From: Felis catus
Lineage: Eukaryota
Direction: 5' to 3'
Assembly (NCBI RefSeq): GCF_018350175.1
Contig: NC_058368.1
Coordinates: forward strand, 5,456,001 to 5,520,000
Length of the DNA: 64,000 bases
In this document: one piece after another, positions 24,521 to 37,853 of the stretch
Layout of the letters: every line of letters begins with the position of its first letter
How positions within the stretch are numbered: position 1 is the stretch's first letter
Translations under genes and position numbers: made by a program
The notes under the pieces: model-generated
The model's input: the letters and a program-made list of their open reading frames with translations, nothing else
Databases searched by the model: none
What the model was told of the DNA's origin: nothing

Positions 24521-25772
24521 GAAGGCTTCTCTGCTTGAAGTGCCTCTGATTCGGCTTCTTACTTGTTTCACTTTAGAGAGGAAGTACCTGGCAAGGAAGG
24601 AATGTTTCCGTTCGTTGTGTCTCAGAATTCTTCCTATTCTGTTTAGCCCCATTTAGGGCCACAGGTAAATTGGCAACATGAGCTACGTCAGGTTGATGGA
24701 GCTAACTTAAGTTGCCAAATTTTGGAAGTTGGGCTTGGTTTAAATTTTATGGTTGGCGATTTCTGAGCTTTGTTATCATGGCCATCTGCACCGCTTTGCT
24801 GGGTCAGCAGAGACTAAGAGCTTCTGCTGAAAGATTTGGTTTCTGTTGTTTCTTGTTAATCCGCTAACTGAGCTCTGTTGGAGTTCAGGGGCTGAGCGGT
24901 CCTCAGTGGCTTAGTTCCTGATAGGCCAGCAAATGGGAGAGACGCAGGCAGACAGACAGACGGATGGACAGACAGACAGCTCCTCTGTCTCCCGCTACTC
25001 CATCAAAGTCTTGACACCTGGGTCATCTGAGAAAAACAGAGTGAGCATTTTTCTCCCACTAAGCAAGGATTCATGGCGGTGCCCTTTCACCACTTGGACA
25101 TACCGGTCATTAAAGACCAGAGTAAATACACCAGCGTGAAGATAATCCTTTCTCAAATATACAAGTGCCAAGTTGAAGCCATCTGTCAATCGTTTGTGCA
25201 TTTTCCCCTTACTTTTATTTGTCTTAGTGGATAGGTGTTGTTTGGAAATATTGGAGCTTGAGAAATTAGCAGTCCTCTGTTATCACGGTATTTTGCCAGG
25301 TCACAGATAACTAAACCGTTTAGTTCGTGTTTTCTCTTTGTAGAGTCATGACAAATATATATTGGGTATTTCTTTTTCCTGCAATAGAAAATAATGACAG
25401 GGATTGATGCTTATTTGTAGATAATTGAATACACGGGCATAGGGGTATGTTCAATGGTTTTTCAAGCTCCGTGCTTCACATCAGGATATGAATTTTGAAT
25501 GATCAAATCTGGGAACAAATATAAGATTAACATAGAAGGTAGCGAAGCCTTTTTTAGAAACGGAGAAAAGAATAAGTGCTGAGTGATGTTCATTTATTTG
25601 AACAACACTTGGGATTTGAATTTATATCACTCTGTGGTTGTAGTTGTGTATTAACACGTGTCTGTATAAACATAGCTACTTAAAGAATAGTATCTGATGG
25701 ATGCTTTCATACCAACACCTCATGAAGGTTAAAAATAGCTATGATAGAAGCTAAAGAAACAAGGTAGGGGTT

Positions 25773-26002
25773 GGGGCGCCTGGGTGGCGCAGTCGGTTAA
25801 GCGTCCGACTTCAGCCAGGTCATGATCTCGCGGTCCGTGAGTTCGAGCCCCGCGTCAGGCTCTGGGCTGATGGCTCAGAGCCTGGAGCCTGTTTCCAATT
25901 CTGTGTCTCCCTCTCTCTCTGCCCCTCCCCCGTTCATGCTCTGTCTCTCTCTGTCCCAAAAATAAATAAACATTGAAAAAAAAAATTAAAAAAAAAAAAA
26001 AA
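25773..26002 (+). mobile_element. Young Can-SINE
   Basis: Near-consensus copy; perfect 20-bp TSD AAAGAAACAAGGTAGGGGTT at 25753-25772 and 26003-26022. Confidence 0.97.
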
Positions 26003-26669
26003 AAAGAAACAAGGTAGGGGTTTGTTGCGGTTTTGTGTTTCCTTTGTTTGAAAACAGCTGCAAAGAGTCTTTGGTATGATTCCATTGTTGGGCGTCTTGC
26101 ATTTCTACATTATACTTAAGACTGTCTCAAGTCAAAGATTTCTTTAGATTAAGTATTACGGGCGTTCAGATAAATTGTGGGGAAGAAAGAGGACTTTTCC
26201 CACATCTTCTAGACCTATTTTAAGGTGATTTCGATGTATCTTATCCTGTTGTGTTTTTGGAACAAGCTGGTTTCCGCGTGATGGACCCGGTAACTGCGTC
26301 GCCCCCGGTCGGCTCGCTAGCCCGCCCAGGCTCTGCACGGTGGCCCAGCCGAGGAAGCGTCTCCTGATGAAGGTTGATGCGTAAGCCCAAATGGCACGGC
26401 CTCTGCCTGCAAAGAGGACTGTGGCGGGAGGGCCAGCCCATAAAGGGCAAAAGGCGGCGCAGATGACAGCATAGGTGCCGTAAAAGTCAAATCTGGGAAG
26501 CGAGGGGGCATCGTTAGCTCCAGGGGTGTGTGTCTGGTGGGGAAAAACTGATGATGATACTGTGGCACTAACACTCAAGTCGTCACTGTGTCCAGACCGC
26601 CTGTGAGCATTTAACATCTCTTGCCTCGGAAAATGCTTCAAGCGGTCCTGCAGAGAAGAATCTTAGGGT

Positions 26670-26785
26670 CCTTACTTTAGAGTTTGGAGAGCAGAGGCAC
26701 AGAGGACTGAGGATGTTACCCTGAGTCCTGTAGCTGTAACAAGTAGGTCCAAGGTTTGAACCCCGGCAGCCCAGCTCCAGAGTTG
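26670..26785 (-). mobile_element. MIR fragment
   Basis: gaggcacagaggactgaggatgttaccctgagtcctgtagct..ggtttgaaccccggcagcccagctccagag. Confidence 0.55.
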
Positions 26786-28457
26786 ATGCTGGAAGACTGC
26801 TCTCAAGATAACGGTGAGGAGCTGAAGGGTTCAGAGCAGATGAACGGAGCTTGCATGTGTTTAGGGAAGATTCAATATGAAGGCCAAAAACAGAGTGTGT
26901 CTGCGAGGTGCGAGGCCCTTTCGATTCTTCAACTTGGCCAATGGGGACCTCAAGTAGGGTGGTGGTAGCCTGAGTCTCTGACACATAGTAGGTAATCAAC
27001 AAACTGTTGGGCTGGATTTCTAGACTTCCTGCAATGGGTTATGATCCAAATACACAGTCATTAAGGAGTTCGAATCAGTAATTTTTAGCAAGGGAGTGAA
27101 TGTAGGAAGATTGGTAGGATGGGGGAGACGTTAAGCCCTGCTGTAACACGGGCCATGTCAGAGGGGATGCTGGTGGAGGGATTAATTTCCAGCATTTCTA
27201 GGAGCTGCATCATCTCCAGTAGCTGCCGAGCGTTCAGGTCTGGTGCAGGTGGGTGCTCTCGAGTCCAGATTCCCCCAGTGACGGTGTGATCTGTCTGAAG
27301 CTACAGATGATGGCTTCTTGGCTGTTTGCCTTCTAGCTAGCATCTATGCAACACGCGTTCTGGATCGGTCACTCTAGTTTATGCTGCTCCGGTAGGAAAA
27401 TGAGTAAGAGAGACTTTGCTTATGGTCTCCCTTCACATACGTCTCTGGTGGAAGAAAGTACTATGACTAAACGGAGTGTGACTTTAGAAAAACACACAGA
27501 GCCACGCGTGTGGAAGACAAGAACGGATCGCACATTAAATACCATAAAGCTGGAAGTTCCAGGACTTGTTACTGGCATTTGTCTCCTCAGGGCAACGTTT
27601 CTAAGGTGAGCTCCCTTTGTATCTTGAAGATAGTGATGGAAGTTTTCAAACATGGCGGGCAGGGGAGGGGGCAAACACTTGCCTCTTAGATGAACCAGGC
27701 TGGATTTGAGACGGGTGAGACTTCGAAAGGAATATGAATATCACAACTGGAGCAATCTAGAAGACTAGATGCCATGTCCTTTTGGGACATGAGTCACAGT
27801 GGCCATCTTCATTCATAGAACACATTTGTCACCTTTTATTAGTCACCATTTATGTATTTATTTATTTTTACTGCAGAAGGAAATGCGAATGTCTCATAGT
27901 TGACTTTGAGGAGGTACTTCCTTTCCCATGTTAATTTTCCCGATGTATAAAGTAGTGCCTTAAACAGCCACTCAAAATGCATGCTCTCCTCTGTCAACTT
28001 ATTGTTGCTTCAATAGCGTGTATTTACTGGTCTGCTGTTGGACTTTAGGTTTCTGAGCCAGGGTTGTTTGAGCAGTTCCCCCACTGGAGAAAGGTTCTCA
28101 AACTCCTCTTGGTTTGCACAGACCCTGCGGGTCTGCACCTTCAAGGTGTCGAAATGATCCTCACCAGTTAGTGCCATGGCCTCTAGGACTCCAGACCCCA
28201 GAAGACTGGTCTTGGAGGACACTCCTCTTTCTTGGTACACACTCAGAACAGGAAAAAGTGTTGAGGAAGGTAAAGGTTTCTCCATAACGCAGTCCCTTTG
28301 TCAAGGTGAATGGGAGGCAGGGCTTTGGGTGAGGTCAGACTTGCTTGAGTAATAAGGCCCCTTAGGGTAGGATCCATATGCTACCCATAGCAAGGCCAGT
28401 CCTGTTGGTTCGCTAAAGCTCTGAGGGCCCAAAGGGGTGAAAGATGATATGTGAAAA

Positions 28458-28776
28458 GGATATATGAAGTCCTAACCCCTAATGTCACTGTATTCGGAAG
28501 TAGAGCCTTTAGGAGGTAATAAAGGTAAAAATGAGGTCTTTTAGGATGGTGGGATCCCGATCCTATAGGATCAGTGTCCTTATAATAAGAGACTCCCTGT
28601 CATGTGAGCATATGGTAAGAAGGAACCATCTGCAAGCCAAGGAGAAACCAGAAACCAAATTGGCCAGCATCTTGATCTTGGACCTCTAGCCTCCAGAGCT
28701 GTGAGAAAATAAATTTCTGTTATTTAAGCCCCCCAGTCGGTGGAACTTTGGTACGCCTGCCTGGGCTGACTAATAC
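28458..28776 (+). mobile_element. MLT1 (MLT1A-like) MaLR LTR
   Basis: gaagtcctaacccctaatgt..ccatctgcaagccaaggaga..catcttgatcttggacctctagcctccagagctgtgagaaaataaatttctgttatttaagcc..gactaatac. Confidence 0.88.
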
Positions 28777-29022
28777 GCTAAGTTCAGGTTTCTGCATTGC
28801 CCAAGCTAATTAATAAAATCCTTACTGTAGTTGTTTTTAATCAGCTGGAGTTGCCTTAATCAGTTCTGGGTTTGCGAATGTAAAAAGATTGGAAAGGGGT
28901 CATGAGTGAGGTGAGGGATCGGTGAGAAGAATTGCATGAGTAGGAGATGATAGCCTTGAAAAGTAAACCTGGGAATGCTTTGTATTTCAAACTACGCCAT
29001 TCCAACAAAGGATAAGTCATTT

Positions 29023-29249
29023 AAAAATTTTTTTTTCCTTTTTTCAACGTTTTTATTTATTTTGGGGACAGAGAGAGACAGAGCATGAACGGGGGAGGGG
29101 CAGAGAGAGAGGGAGACACAGAATCGGAAACAGGCTCCAGGCTCTGAGCCATCAGCCCAGAGCCTGACGCGGGGCTCGAACTCCCGGACCGCGAGATCGT
29201 GACCTGGCTGAAGTCGGACGCTTAACCGACTGCGCCACCCAGGCACCCC
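29023..29249 (-). mobile_element. Young Can-SINE
   Basis: TSD AAGGATAAGTCATTT at 29008-29022 and 29250-29264. Confidence 0.96.
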
Positions 29250-30369
29250 AAGGATAAGTCATTTTATGTGATAAGAGCAAAAGTAAGGAATATCATCGTG
29301 GAACCAAAAATTTAGTATTGTATTTAGCTTACTGCACCAGCCTTCCCTTAAAACTATCCTAGCATTAGCTTGATTTGTTTGACTTTAAGGTAAATTTAGC
29401 AACGCAATCCCTAAAATGATAGATGCTGACCAGTGTCTGGAATTCCCTCTTTTCCCAAAATGATGTCTGTTTCTCCTTCATTACGTTCCTAGCTTTGTTC
29501 ATTCCATATTTCAGTGTTGATGTGAGGTTTAAAAAACAGAAATTGCTTCTTCCGTTTCCAACTTGAAAGGCATTTTGACAATCGTGTGTAACAAATGCCA
29601 TCATTCTGACTAGGTCTGTTGTTTCTGATAGGACAAAGAGGCACGCTTTGCTGGCCTAGAAATTCTTACCAGTTTTCATGCACTGTACCGTTCAAACATG
29701 TCTTTATGTATGAAAGGAGAGTGACTTAGAACAAATTTATATTAGCCCGATTCTCAAAATCCTGAAGTTAACCAGGATTACTTTGAGTGCTACAGCTTTC
29801 ATGCAGATATTCTGCAGAAAAATTTAAAGATCCTCATTGCCCTGCATGGAGATCCTCAGTCACGATTCTAGAAGAGCCCAACCTCAACCTAGTAGCTGTG
29901 AGGGATTTGTGAGTTCTCCTGGTTAGACCTCAGTCCTTTGCTGCTATTCCAGCAAACTGAAACGTCTCTGAAGGATTATTTTAAATGTAGGTCACGTTGT
30001 GTTTCTTCAGATGAAAATCAAAACGAAATCTGCATATACGCTGAATGAATTAAAGGTACGCGTTACAAAAAGATTTCCCGTCAGATTCTTCTATGGGGCT
30101 CCTGCTTTGTCCTGGGGATGAGATTATACTGTGGGTGGCAAGATCAGCGCCGCCCCCGTCTCTGTGGTGCTCGTGGTCTGGAGGAAGACCTGGATGGTGA
30201 AAACCGTGGATTGTACAATTTGAATTGAATCCTTTAATGTATTTCTGTGTACAGAGTCCTTGATCTTAGGTAGATTGACTTCTTAGATATGCAAGCTTCT
30301 CTAATGCTGTGCTACTCTTAATGGTCAGCTTTGGTTGGCCCAAAGTTTGGCTAAAAGAGAAGCTATATG

Positions 30370-30884
30370 TCTCTGCTGAAAACCCTTCTGGAGGCTTCTC
30401 GTGGCTCTGAGAATCAAACTAAAAGGACTTAATGGGAGAGTGCTTCCCCCTTGCTTACCATGCCCCAGCCACGTTGGACTCCTTTCTGTCGCTCTGCAAT
30501 CTGAGCAGGCTGCTGGCTCAGGACCGCCATGAGACCTGTTCTCTTTGCCTGTAAAGCCCTAACCCCTGACGCCACATGGCAAACACGGTCCCTTGATTCA
30601 GGTCTCCCCTCAAATACTAACTTGTCAGCGAGGGTGTCCTTGAATACCTGGCTAAATTAGCGCCCCTTCCTCTTTCCTCAGCTTTAGTTTGCGTGAGAGC
30701 GCTTATCCCTACCTCACACACTGCACTTGTGTTTAATTATTGGTAATCTGTCTCCGCCCAATAGAATGCAAGTTCCATTAAGGCAGTGATTTTTGTCTCT
30801 TTGGTCCTCTGCTCCATCCACGGTGCCTAAAACGATGCCCAGCACATAGTGAGTGCTCAGTAAGTATTTGCAAATGAATGAATG
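30370..30884 (+). mobile_element. L2 3' end
   Basis: tagaatgcaagttccattaaggcag..gcccagcacatagtgagtgctcagtaagtatttgcaaatgaatgaatg (canonical L2 terminus). Confidence 0.85.
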
Positions 30885-32464
30885 GTGTGATACCCTCCCT
30901 AAACCTTGAGTTTTCTGGGAGACGGCCAGCCCCCTTCTCGGGACAGTTGCTGAAGTTATGCCAAGAGCACTGATGGTACAACAATGAAGAGAAGATACTG
31001 GCAGAGTCAGATTTTTTTCTCTTTCCACTATTCTTCCTATTTGGGAGCACCCGCTTAGGCGGTCTACCCACCTATGTGTAAAACATGGCCTCCAATGTGA
31101 GAGAATATAAAAGTCCTTGGAGAAAACAAAGAGCCTTTTGTATCAGAGTTAGCATGCGATGCTGAGTTTAGGATGCTCACAGGATCTCCACATGGACACT
31201 AGAAACAGAAAAAAAAAAAAAAGCATAGACTGGACATGTGAACAAATGCTTCCTTTGAAAGTAACATAACTTTTCTTTTTCTCGTGCTCCTAACCCTTCA
31301 TAAAGGCAAAGTTGGCTTTATTGACAGCTAGTACCACTGAATGCTACTGTAAAGTCAGTTTATGAAGCTAAAGTTTATTGAGCAGCTACTATGTTGCCCA
31401 CGACGAGGCTAGAGAAGCAAGCTGGGGCTCAGGCAGGCAGGTCTGTCATCACGTAGGGATTTGTACTTCGTCCTCAGTACAGCGTGCAACCTTGACATTT
31501 TCTAACCAAGGAATAATGTGATCAGATATATATTTTTTAATGACTGCTTTACTGAGATGTAATTCACATGCTGTACAATTCACACATTTGAAGTGTACAT
31601 TTTCATCCTTTTTGGAACATTCAGAGTTGTGCAGTTATCACGGGAGTCCATTTTAGAACATATTCGTCACCCCCAAAATTTCCTCACCTGTTAAACACTC
31701 GGGATTCCCCTCTATCCCCAGCCTTAGGCAACTGCTAGTCTCCTTCATGTCTCTAGATTCGCCTATTCTGAAAATTCCACAAAAATAGAATGATATGTAG
31801 TCTTTTGTGACGGGTTTCTTTCCCTAAGCACAATGTTTTCAAGGGTCATCCACGGTGTGGCATTTTACTTCTTAGGATGGATAGATCACATGGTTTTTTT
31901 TCCATTCACTCATGGACGGACATCTGGGTTATTTATACTTTTTGACTGCTATGAATAATGCTTCTGCGGACATTGATGTATCAGTTTTTGTATGGATGTA
32001 CGTTTCCAGTTGAGTGTAAACCTAAGAGTGGAGTTGCTGGGTCATGTGGTAACTCTGTTTTCTAAACATAGAGGAACCGCCAGACTGTTTCTCTAAAAGG
32101 ACTGGATCATTTTACATTCCCATTAACAATGTATGAGGGCTTCAAGTTCACGGTTTTTGCCAAAACTTATTTTTTTTTTTAATTATAGCCACCCTAGTCA
32201 CTGTGAAGGGCAATCTCATTGTGGTTTTGCTTTGCATTTCCCTAATGAGTAGTGACGTTGAATGTCTTCTCATGTGCTTACTGGCCGTTTGTATATCTTC
32301 CTTGAGAGAGGTCTATTTAAGTCCGTTGCCCATTTTTAAATTAGGCTGACTTTTTATTATTGAGTTGTAAGTGTTCTTTATATGGCCTGGATACAAGTAT
32401 TTTATCAGATATATAATTTTCAGATATTTTCTCCTGCTCTGTACGTTGTCTTTTCCCTTTCTTT

Positions 32465-32690
32465 CTCTCTTTATTTTTTAAATGTTTATTTTTGAGAGAG
32501 AGAGAGTGAGAGAGACAGAGCATGCGCGGGGGAGGAGCAGCAGAGAGAGAGGGAGACACAGAATCCAAAGCAGGCTCCAGGCTCTGAGCTGTCAGCATAG
32601 AGCCCGACGCGGGGCTCGAACACACAAACTATGAGATCATGATCTGAGCCGAAGTCAGATGCTCAACCGACTGAGCCACCCAGGCTCCCC
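32465..32690 (-). mobile_element. Can-SINE
   Basis: TSD TGTCTTTTC[C/T]CTTTCTT from 32447 and from 32691. Confidence 0.93.
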
Positions 32691-32871
32691 TGTCTTTTCT
32701 CTTTCTTGATGGCATTGTTTGCAGCACAAACAAAAGTTTCTAAATCTGACAAAGCCTGCTTTCCCACTTAATCTTTTGTTGCATATGCTTCTGGTCATGT
32801 CTGACAAGCTATGGCCTGCTCCAAGGTCATGAATATTTACACCTATGTTGTCTAATAGGAGTTAAAGTTCA

Positions 32872-33083
32872 GGGGCGCCTGGGTGGCTCAGTCGGTTAAG
32901 CGTCTGACTTCGGCTCAGGTCACGATCTCACGGTCCGCGAGTTCGAGCCCCGTATCGGGCTCTGGGCTGATGGCTCAGAGCCTGGAGCCTGCTTCTGATT
33001 CTGTGTCTCCCTCTCTCTCTGCCCCTCCCCTGTTCATGCTCTGTCTCTCTCTGTCTCAAAAATAAATAAACGTTAAAAAAAAA
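32872..33083 (+). mobile_element. Can-SINE
   Basis: Complete head to A tail; short imperfect TSD aaagtt[c/t]ag. Confidence 0.94.
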
Positions 33084-33785
33084 AAAGTTTAGCCCTTACA
33101 TTTAAGTCTTAGATCCATTTGAGTTAATTTTTGTATATGGTGTGAGGTAGGGTCCCGTGTCGTTCTTCCGCATGTGGCTGTCCAGTCGTTCCAGCACCAC
33201 CTGTTGAAGAGACTGTGCCCCATCGAATGGTCGCAGCCAGGTTTCTGTTTTTAGAAGTGCACTCAAACTGGTGACGGTATGGCTTAAAGGAGGGGTAAGA
33301 GTAGAGGAAGGGACATCAACTGGACAAATATTGTTTAGCCGTTATCCTGTGTTCAGTATTACTTCTAGGCACTGGGACTGCGGTGATCAACAACAGGGTC
33401 GGGTGTAGCCCAGCCTTGTGCTGATACTGCGGATTAGGATGCAAATCTATAGGAAAAAGAAAGAAAGCAAAGGAATGATTACGAATTGTGAAAAAAGAAA
33501 CAGGGATGTTGTACATACAAATCATGTAGCTTATTGAGTACATAAAATGTGAATTTCTTGTTTGTTTTTTTCCCTTTAATTTCAGAGGCATCTCCACCCT
33601 TGGGTTGAGTATGCCACCTCACACAAGTGGGGCAGAGTGGACTTGGGTGAATAGCCTCCCGTGGAAAGAAAGACGTCGTTAGTGTCATTGCGCCCTGCAT
33701 GCTACTTCCCCCCCTCAGAGTTTGACTTCGTGTGTCTGTTCACCTGCTGGCAGCATTTCCAGGCTGACAGACTGAAAGAATGACC

Positions 33786-33838
33786 ACTCCATCCATCCAT
33801 TCATTCATTCATTCATTCATTCATTCATTCATTCATTC
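33786..33838. repeat. (TCCA)n/(TTCA)n microsatellite
   Basis: ctccatccatccattcattcattc... read directly. Confidence 0.9.
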
Positions 33839-34172
33839 GTCTCTATTAGATCAGGGTAGCTTGGATCAGGGAGGCAAAGAGAAGAGGAACACAGATTTGA
33901 GGGAGGCGTAGATGTAAAGTGGAGAAGACTTTGTAATCAAGTAGGAAAGGTAAGAGTGAAGAAGGGGGAGTTGTCAAGAATGGGATCAGGGATTCTGTGT
34001 TTCGTGGTAATGACAGCGACCGAATGCTGGGGATGGGCTCTCTGTTAGCATTTTCCAGGCATGTGTCCGTGCTGCTCAAAAACTCCTCCCAAGGTGGGCA
34101 CCACCAGTACCACCAAAGGACAAAACCAAGGCTTGGGGAGATTAAGCGGGTATCGCTGGAGCAAGAGTGGGC

Positions 34173-34365
34173 AAGCATCCGACTTCGACTCAGGTCATGT
34201 TCTCGGGGTTTGTGCGTTCGAGCCCCGCATCGGGCTCCGTGCCGACAGCTCGGAGCCTGGAGCCTGCTTCTGATTCTGTGTCTCCCTCCCTCTCCGCCCC
34301 TCCACTGCTCGTACTCTGTCTCTCTCTTTCTCAAGAGTAAACATTAAAAAAAAATTTTTTTTTAA
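34173..34365 (+). mobile_element. Can-SINE lacking its 5' head (A box)
   Basis: Starts at aagcatccgacttcgactcagg; B box gttcgagccc and tail are present. Confidence 0.88.
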
Positions 34366-35170
34366 AGAATTGAGCTTAACCTTGCTTATCTTTGGCATTT
34401 TAACTTCTTTCTCTTACTACGTGATGTATGTTTTTAGTTATAGCTCTTCAAAGTCCAGGCTAACGAGATAGAGGAGAAAATATTGTAACACCTGGGGCTA
34501 GGTGAGAGTAGATGACAGGGGTACTCTGGAGTGTGGTACGTATTGCCTATTCCTAAATTATGTCACGTGTGCCCCGGCACTTTACTTCCTCGCTGTTGGA
34601 ACTGGTTAGATCATTGGATTTTAATTTGTGTGGTGTGGTGCTCTTTTTTAGAGCAGGATAATGACATGAGGAAAGTTGGATCAAGGTGATTTTTTCATCA
34701 TAGTAATGGAATACAGCAACAATTTCAAAACTGAGCATTTGTGTCATTCCTTGAGTTGGAGCAAGCCTCAAATTATAAAATGTATTAGGGAACATTTTAA
34801 TATCTCTGAGACGGGGGTCAGAAACAATGTAAGTGAATAAGAGTCTTTCATTTACTGTTTTTTTTTTTAACCTTTGTTTCCTTTTTGTGGACCTGTTATT
34901 CCGAATCTTGTGGCTCTTTTCTGTTTATCACTTTTGTGGTTATGGATGCCACCTGGCACACAAAGTTGTTATTTTGATTCCAATCTGCTGTGTCTTGGGG
35001 AATATGGACTGTTTGCTCTTTGAGCTACAAAAATCAGCATGTACTAAAAACAAAACGAGAGAGATTGCTAAAGATCCAGCAGCCATCTAGGAAACATCTG
35101 CCAAGAATGCTGAAACATAGGCCCAGCCTCCTGAGACAGAATGTGAATCAGGAAAAGAAAACCAGGTTTT

Positions 35171-35172
<2 letters not shown>

Positions 35173-35216
<44 letters not shown>
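35173..35216. repeat. (GT)n microsatellite
   Basis: About 22 GT units read directly. Confidence 0.97.
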
Positions 35217-35218
<2 letters not shown>

Positions 35219-35351
35219 AGCCAAGAATAACAAATGAAAGATTAAAACACACAAGATTAAAATTGTTTTGAGTTTTTTTTAAGTTGGTTAGAAGTAAAGG
35301 CTTAGAAGCACGTACCATTTTATTTAGTGAAAAATGAAATTTGGGATTGTT

Positions 35352-35357
<6 letters not shown>

Positions 35358-35404
<47 letters not shown>

Positions 35405-35583
35405 ATGAGCAGGGGGTGGGGGGAGGCACATGTGTGAGCTGGGGAGGGGCAGAGGCAGAGGGGGAGAGAATCTTAACCACAATGTGGAACCTGATGGGGT
35501 GGCTCGATCTCATGACCGTGAGACCGTGACCTGAGCTGAAATCAAGAGTCCAGCGCTTAACTGACTCAGCCCCCCGGGTGCAC
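35358..35583 (-). mobile_element. Older Can-SINE whose tail position is occupied by (CT)n/(AG)n
   Basis: TSD GGATTGTTTCTTCT at 35344-35357 and 35585-35598 encloses about 20 CT units plus the SINE body. Confidence 0.85.
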
Positions 35584-36235
35584 TGGATTGTTTCTTCTGT
35601 TGTAACTGGCTTTTGGCATTGGTTAGAAATAGCAGAATGAATGAATGAATGGACACGTGGCCAACGCTGGTGCAAAATGGCAGAGGACCTGAAAGGGAAT
35701 GGGCCATCGTTCACGTAACACATACCTGTGTGCCCGTGGATACCCAGGGTCATTTTCCGTGTCTTGCAGGGTTTTAAAAGATTTTTGCCCTGTTCTGCCT
35801 TTTTGAATTTGAACTCGTGTATCAAGCTCGTAGGTCAGTTTCTGTGAATGCTTTTCAGCCTGGACTACCTCAGCTAAGCTCTTAGGTTTCGTGACTCCAG
35901 TGCCAGAGAAAGGCTTTATGGTTTGGCTCTAGGCTTTCCTTCTGAATGCCTCCCCATTTCATTTCTTCCAAAAGAAAGCACTTCCGTAGCATCACACCCC
36001 TGTTCTGGTTGGGCAGCTGCTTGTGCCTCTGCAGAGATTGCCAGAAACACTGTAAGCGGTCCGTTCACGAAGGAGAAGGAAAGTCAGATTAACTGTTGTC
36101 TTGGCCTGATTGACTTTCTCCAACCCAGGGAGTGGGCTTTTCTAGGGGGCCACAGCCTGCCTGGGTGTATGCGGACAGTCAGTGAGAGGAACCGTCCTAA
36201 CAGCTCTGGGGGTGAGGTGAGCATTGCCTTTTAAA

Positions 36236-36467
36236 GTTGTTGTGTTTTTTTTATAACATTTATTCATTATTGAGAGACAGAGAGACAGAGAGACACAGGG
36301 CATGAGCAGGGGAGGGGTAGAGAGAGAGGGAGACACGGAATCTGAAACAGGCTCCAGGCTCCGAGCCGTCAGCCCAGAGCCCGACGCGGGGCTCGAACTC
36401 ACGGACCGTGAGATCGTGACCTGAGCCGAAGTCGGTCGCCCAACCGACGGAGCCACCCACGCGCCCC
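36236..36467 (-). mobile_element. Can-SINE
   Basis: TSD CATTGCCTTTTAAA at 36222-36235 and 36471-36484. Confidence 0.94.
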
Positions 36468-36889
36468 AAACATTGCCTTTTAAATTGGAAATATAGGTTA
36501 CATAGGTAGAGTGACGGATAAATAATTCCCGGGAAGGCATTCCAAGAATATTTACTACCTCTCTGACTTCAGCCACTGTAATTTCAAAATGTGGCTGGTG
36601 ACAGTCTCATTTTCCCAGCTACTCCGTGTGAATCTTTGGCGTTTTGCCTTCCTCCCTCCTCTTACCCCTCGTAAGAATTCCCCATTCGCAGTTCTTGATT
36701 CTCACTGTTTTTTTTTTTTTTTCGTTTAAATCTCACTTTTTTCATCTCTTCATTCGGCCTTCAGCAAACTGTGCTCCAGCCTCCGCTCAGAACCTTACAT
36801 CCCTTCTCTTATGAAACCCTCATCATAACCCTGCAGAGGCAGGTTGAACAGCTTGTCCCGGAGCTGAGAACAGAAGCCCAGGTTGGGCT

Positions 36890-37595
36890 TCTGTACCAAA
36901 CAACTCAACCTTTTAGGGGGACCATCCCGTGGCTTTCTGTATTCACAGATATGTACAACCATCATCACGGTCAATTTTCAAACACTTTCGTGTCCTCAAA
37001 CAAGAAATCCTGTACACTCGAAACCCCAGCCCCCAGCCTGAGCAGCCACTAATCCACATCTGCCCCTCTAGGTTTGCCTGATCTAGACCTTGCGCGTAAA
37101 TGAAATCATAACACGTGGTCTTGCAGGGCTAGCTTCTTTCACTTAGAATGTTTTCCAGGCTTATCGACGTCCTAGCACATATCACTATTTCCTTTGTATG
37201 GTTCAGTAAAATTTCATTTTACTGAATGGAATGGGTATACGCCATTTTGTTTGTCCGTTCGTCGGTTGATGAATGTTTGGGCTGTTTCCACCTTTTGGCT
37301 ATGACGACTAATGCCACCGTAAACATCCACGTACAAGCTCTTATGTGGACATCTGTCGTCACTTCTCTAGGAGGCCACTTGTGGAGCCGCTGGTAACTGG
37401 ATGCTCAACTCTTTGAGCGGCTCTCAGGCTGTTTTCCCCAGAGGCCGTACCATTTGACATCCCCGCCAGCGGTGTGCAAGGGTCCCGCCTTCTCCCCTTC
37501 CTCGCCCACCTGTTCTTGTGTGACTCTGTCAACACAGCCGTCCCAGTGGGTGTGAGTGGTTTGGCGCTGTGGGGGCTGTGGACTCCGCAGCACTC
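36890..37595 (-). mobile_element. L1M (L1MB-like) fragment, GC-shifted in its right half
   Basis: tattcacagatatgtacaaccatca..gttgatgaatgtttgggctgtttccaccttttggctat..ccatttgacatccccgccagc. Confidence 0.8.
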
Positions 37596-37625
37596 CCCTC
37601 CACTCACATGCGCCTTCCTTTCCTT

Positions 37626-37853
37626 TTTTTTTTTTTTAATTTTTTTTTTCAACGTTTATTTATTTTTTGGGACAGAGAGAGACAGAGCATGAACGGGGGA
37701 GGGGCAGAGAGAGAGGGAGACACAGAATTGGAAACAGGCTCCAGGCTCTGAGCCATCAGCCCAGAGCCTGACGCGGGGCTCGAACTCACAGACCGCGAGA
37801 TCGTGACCTGGCTGAAGTCCGACGCTTAACCGACTGTGCCACCCAGGCGCCCC
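37626..37853 (-). mobile_element. Young Can-SINE
   Basis: TSD CGCCTTCCTTTCCTT at 37611-37625 and 37854-37868. Confidence 0.96.

Larger units (their letters stand above)
31535..33235 (-). mobile_element. L1M (L1MB-like) fragment carrying two Can-SINE insertions
   Basis: ctttactgagatgtaattcacat..gtggagttgctgggtcatgtggtaactctg..tttgcatttccctaatga..gttaatttttgtatatggtgtgaggtagg..ccagcaccacctgttgaagagact. Confidence 0.9.
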
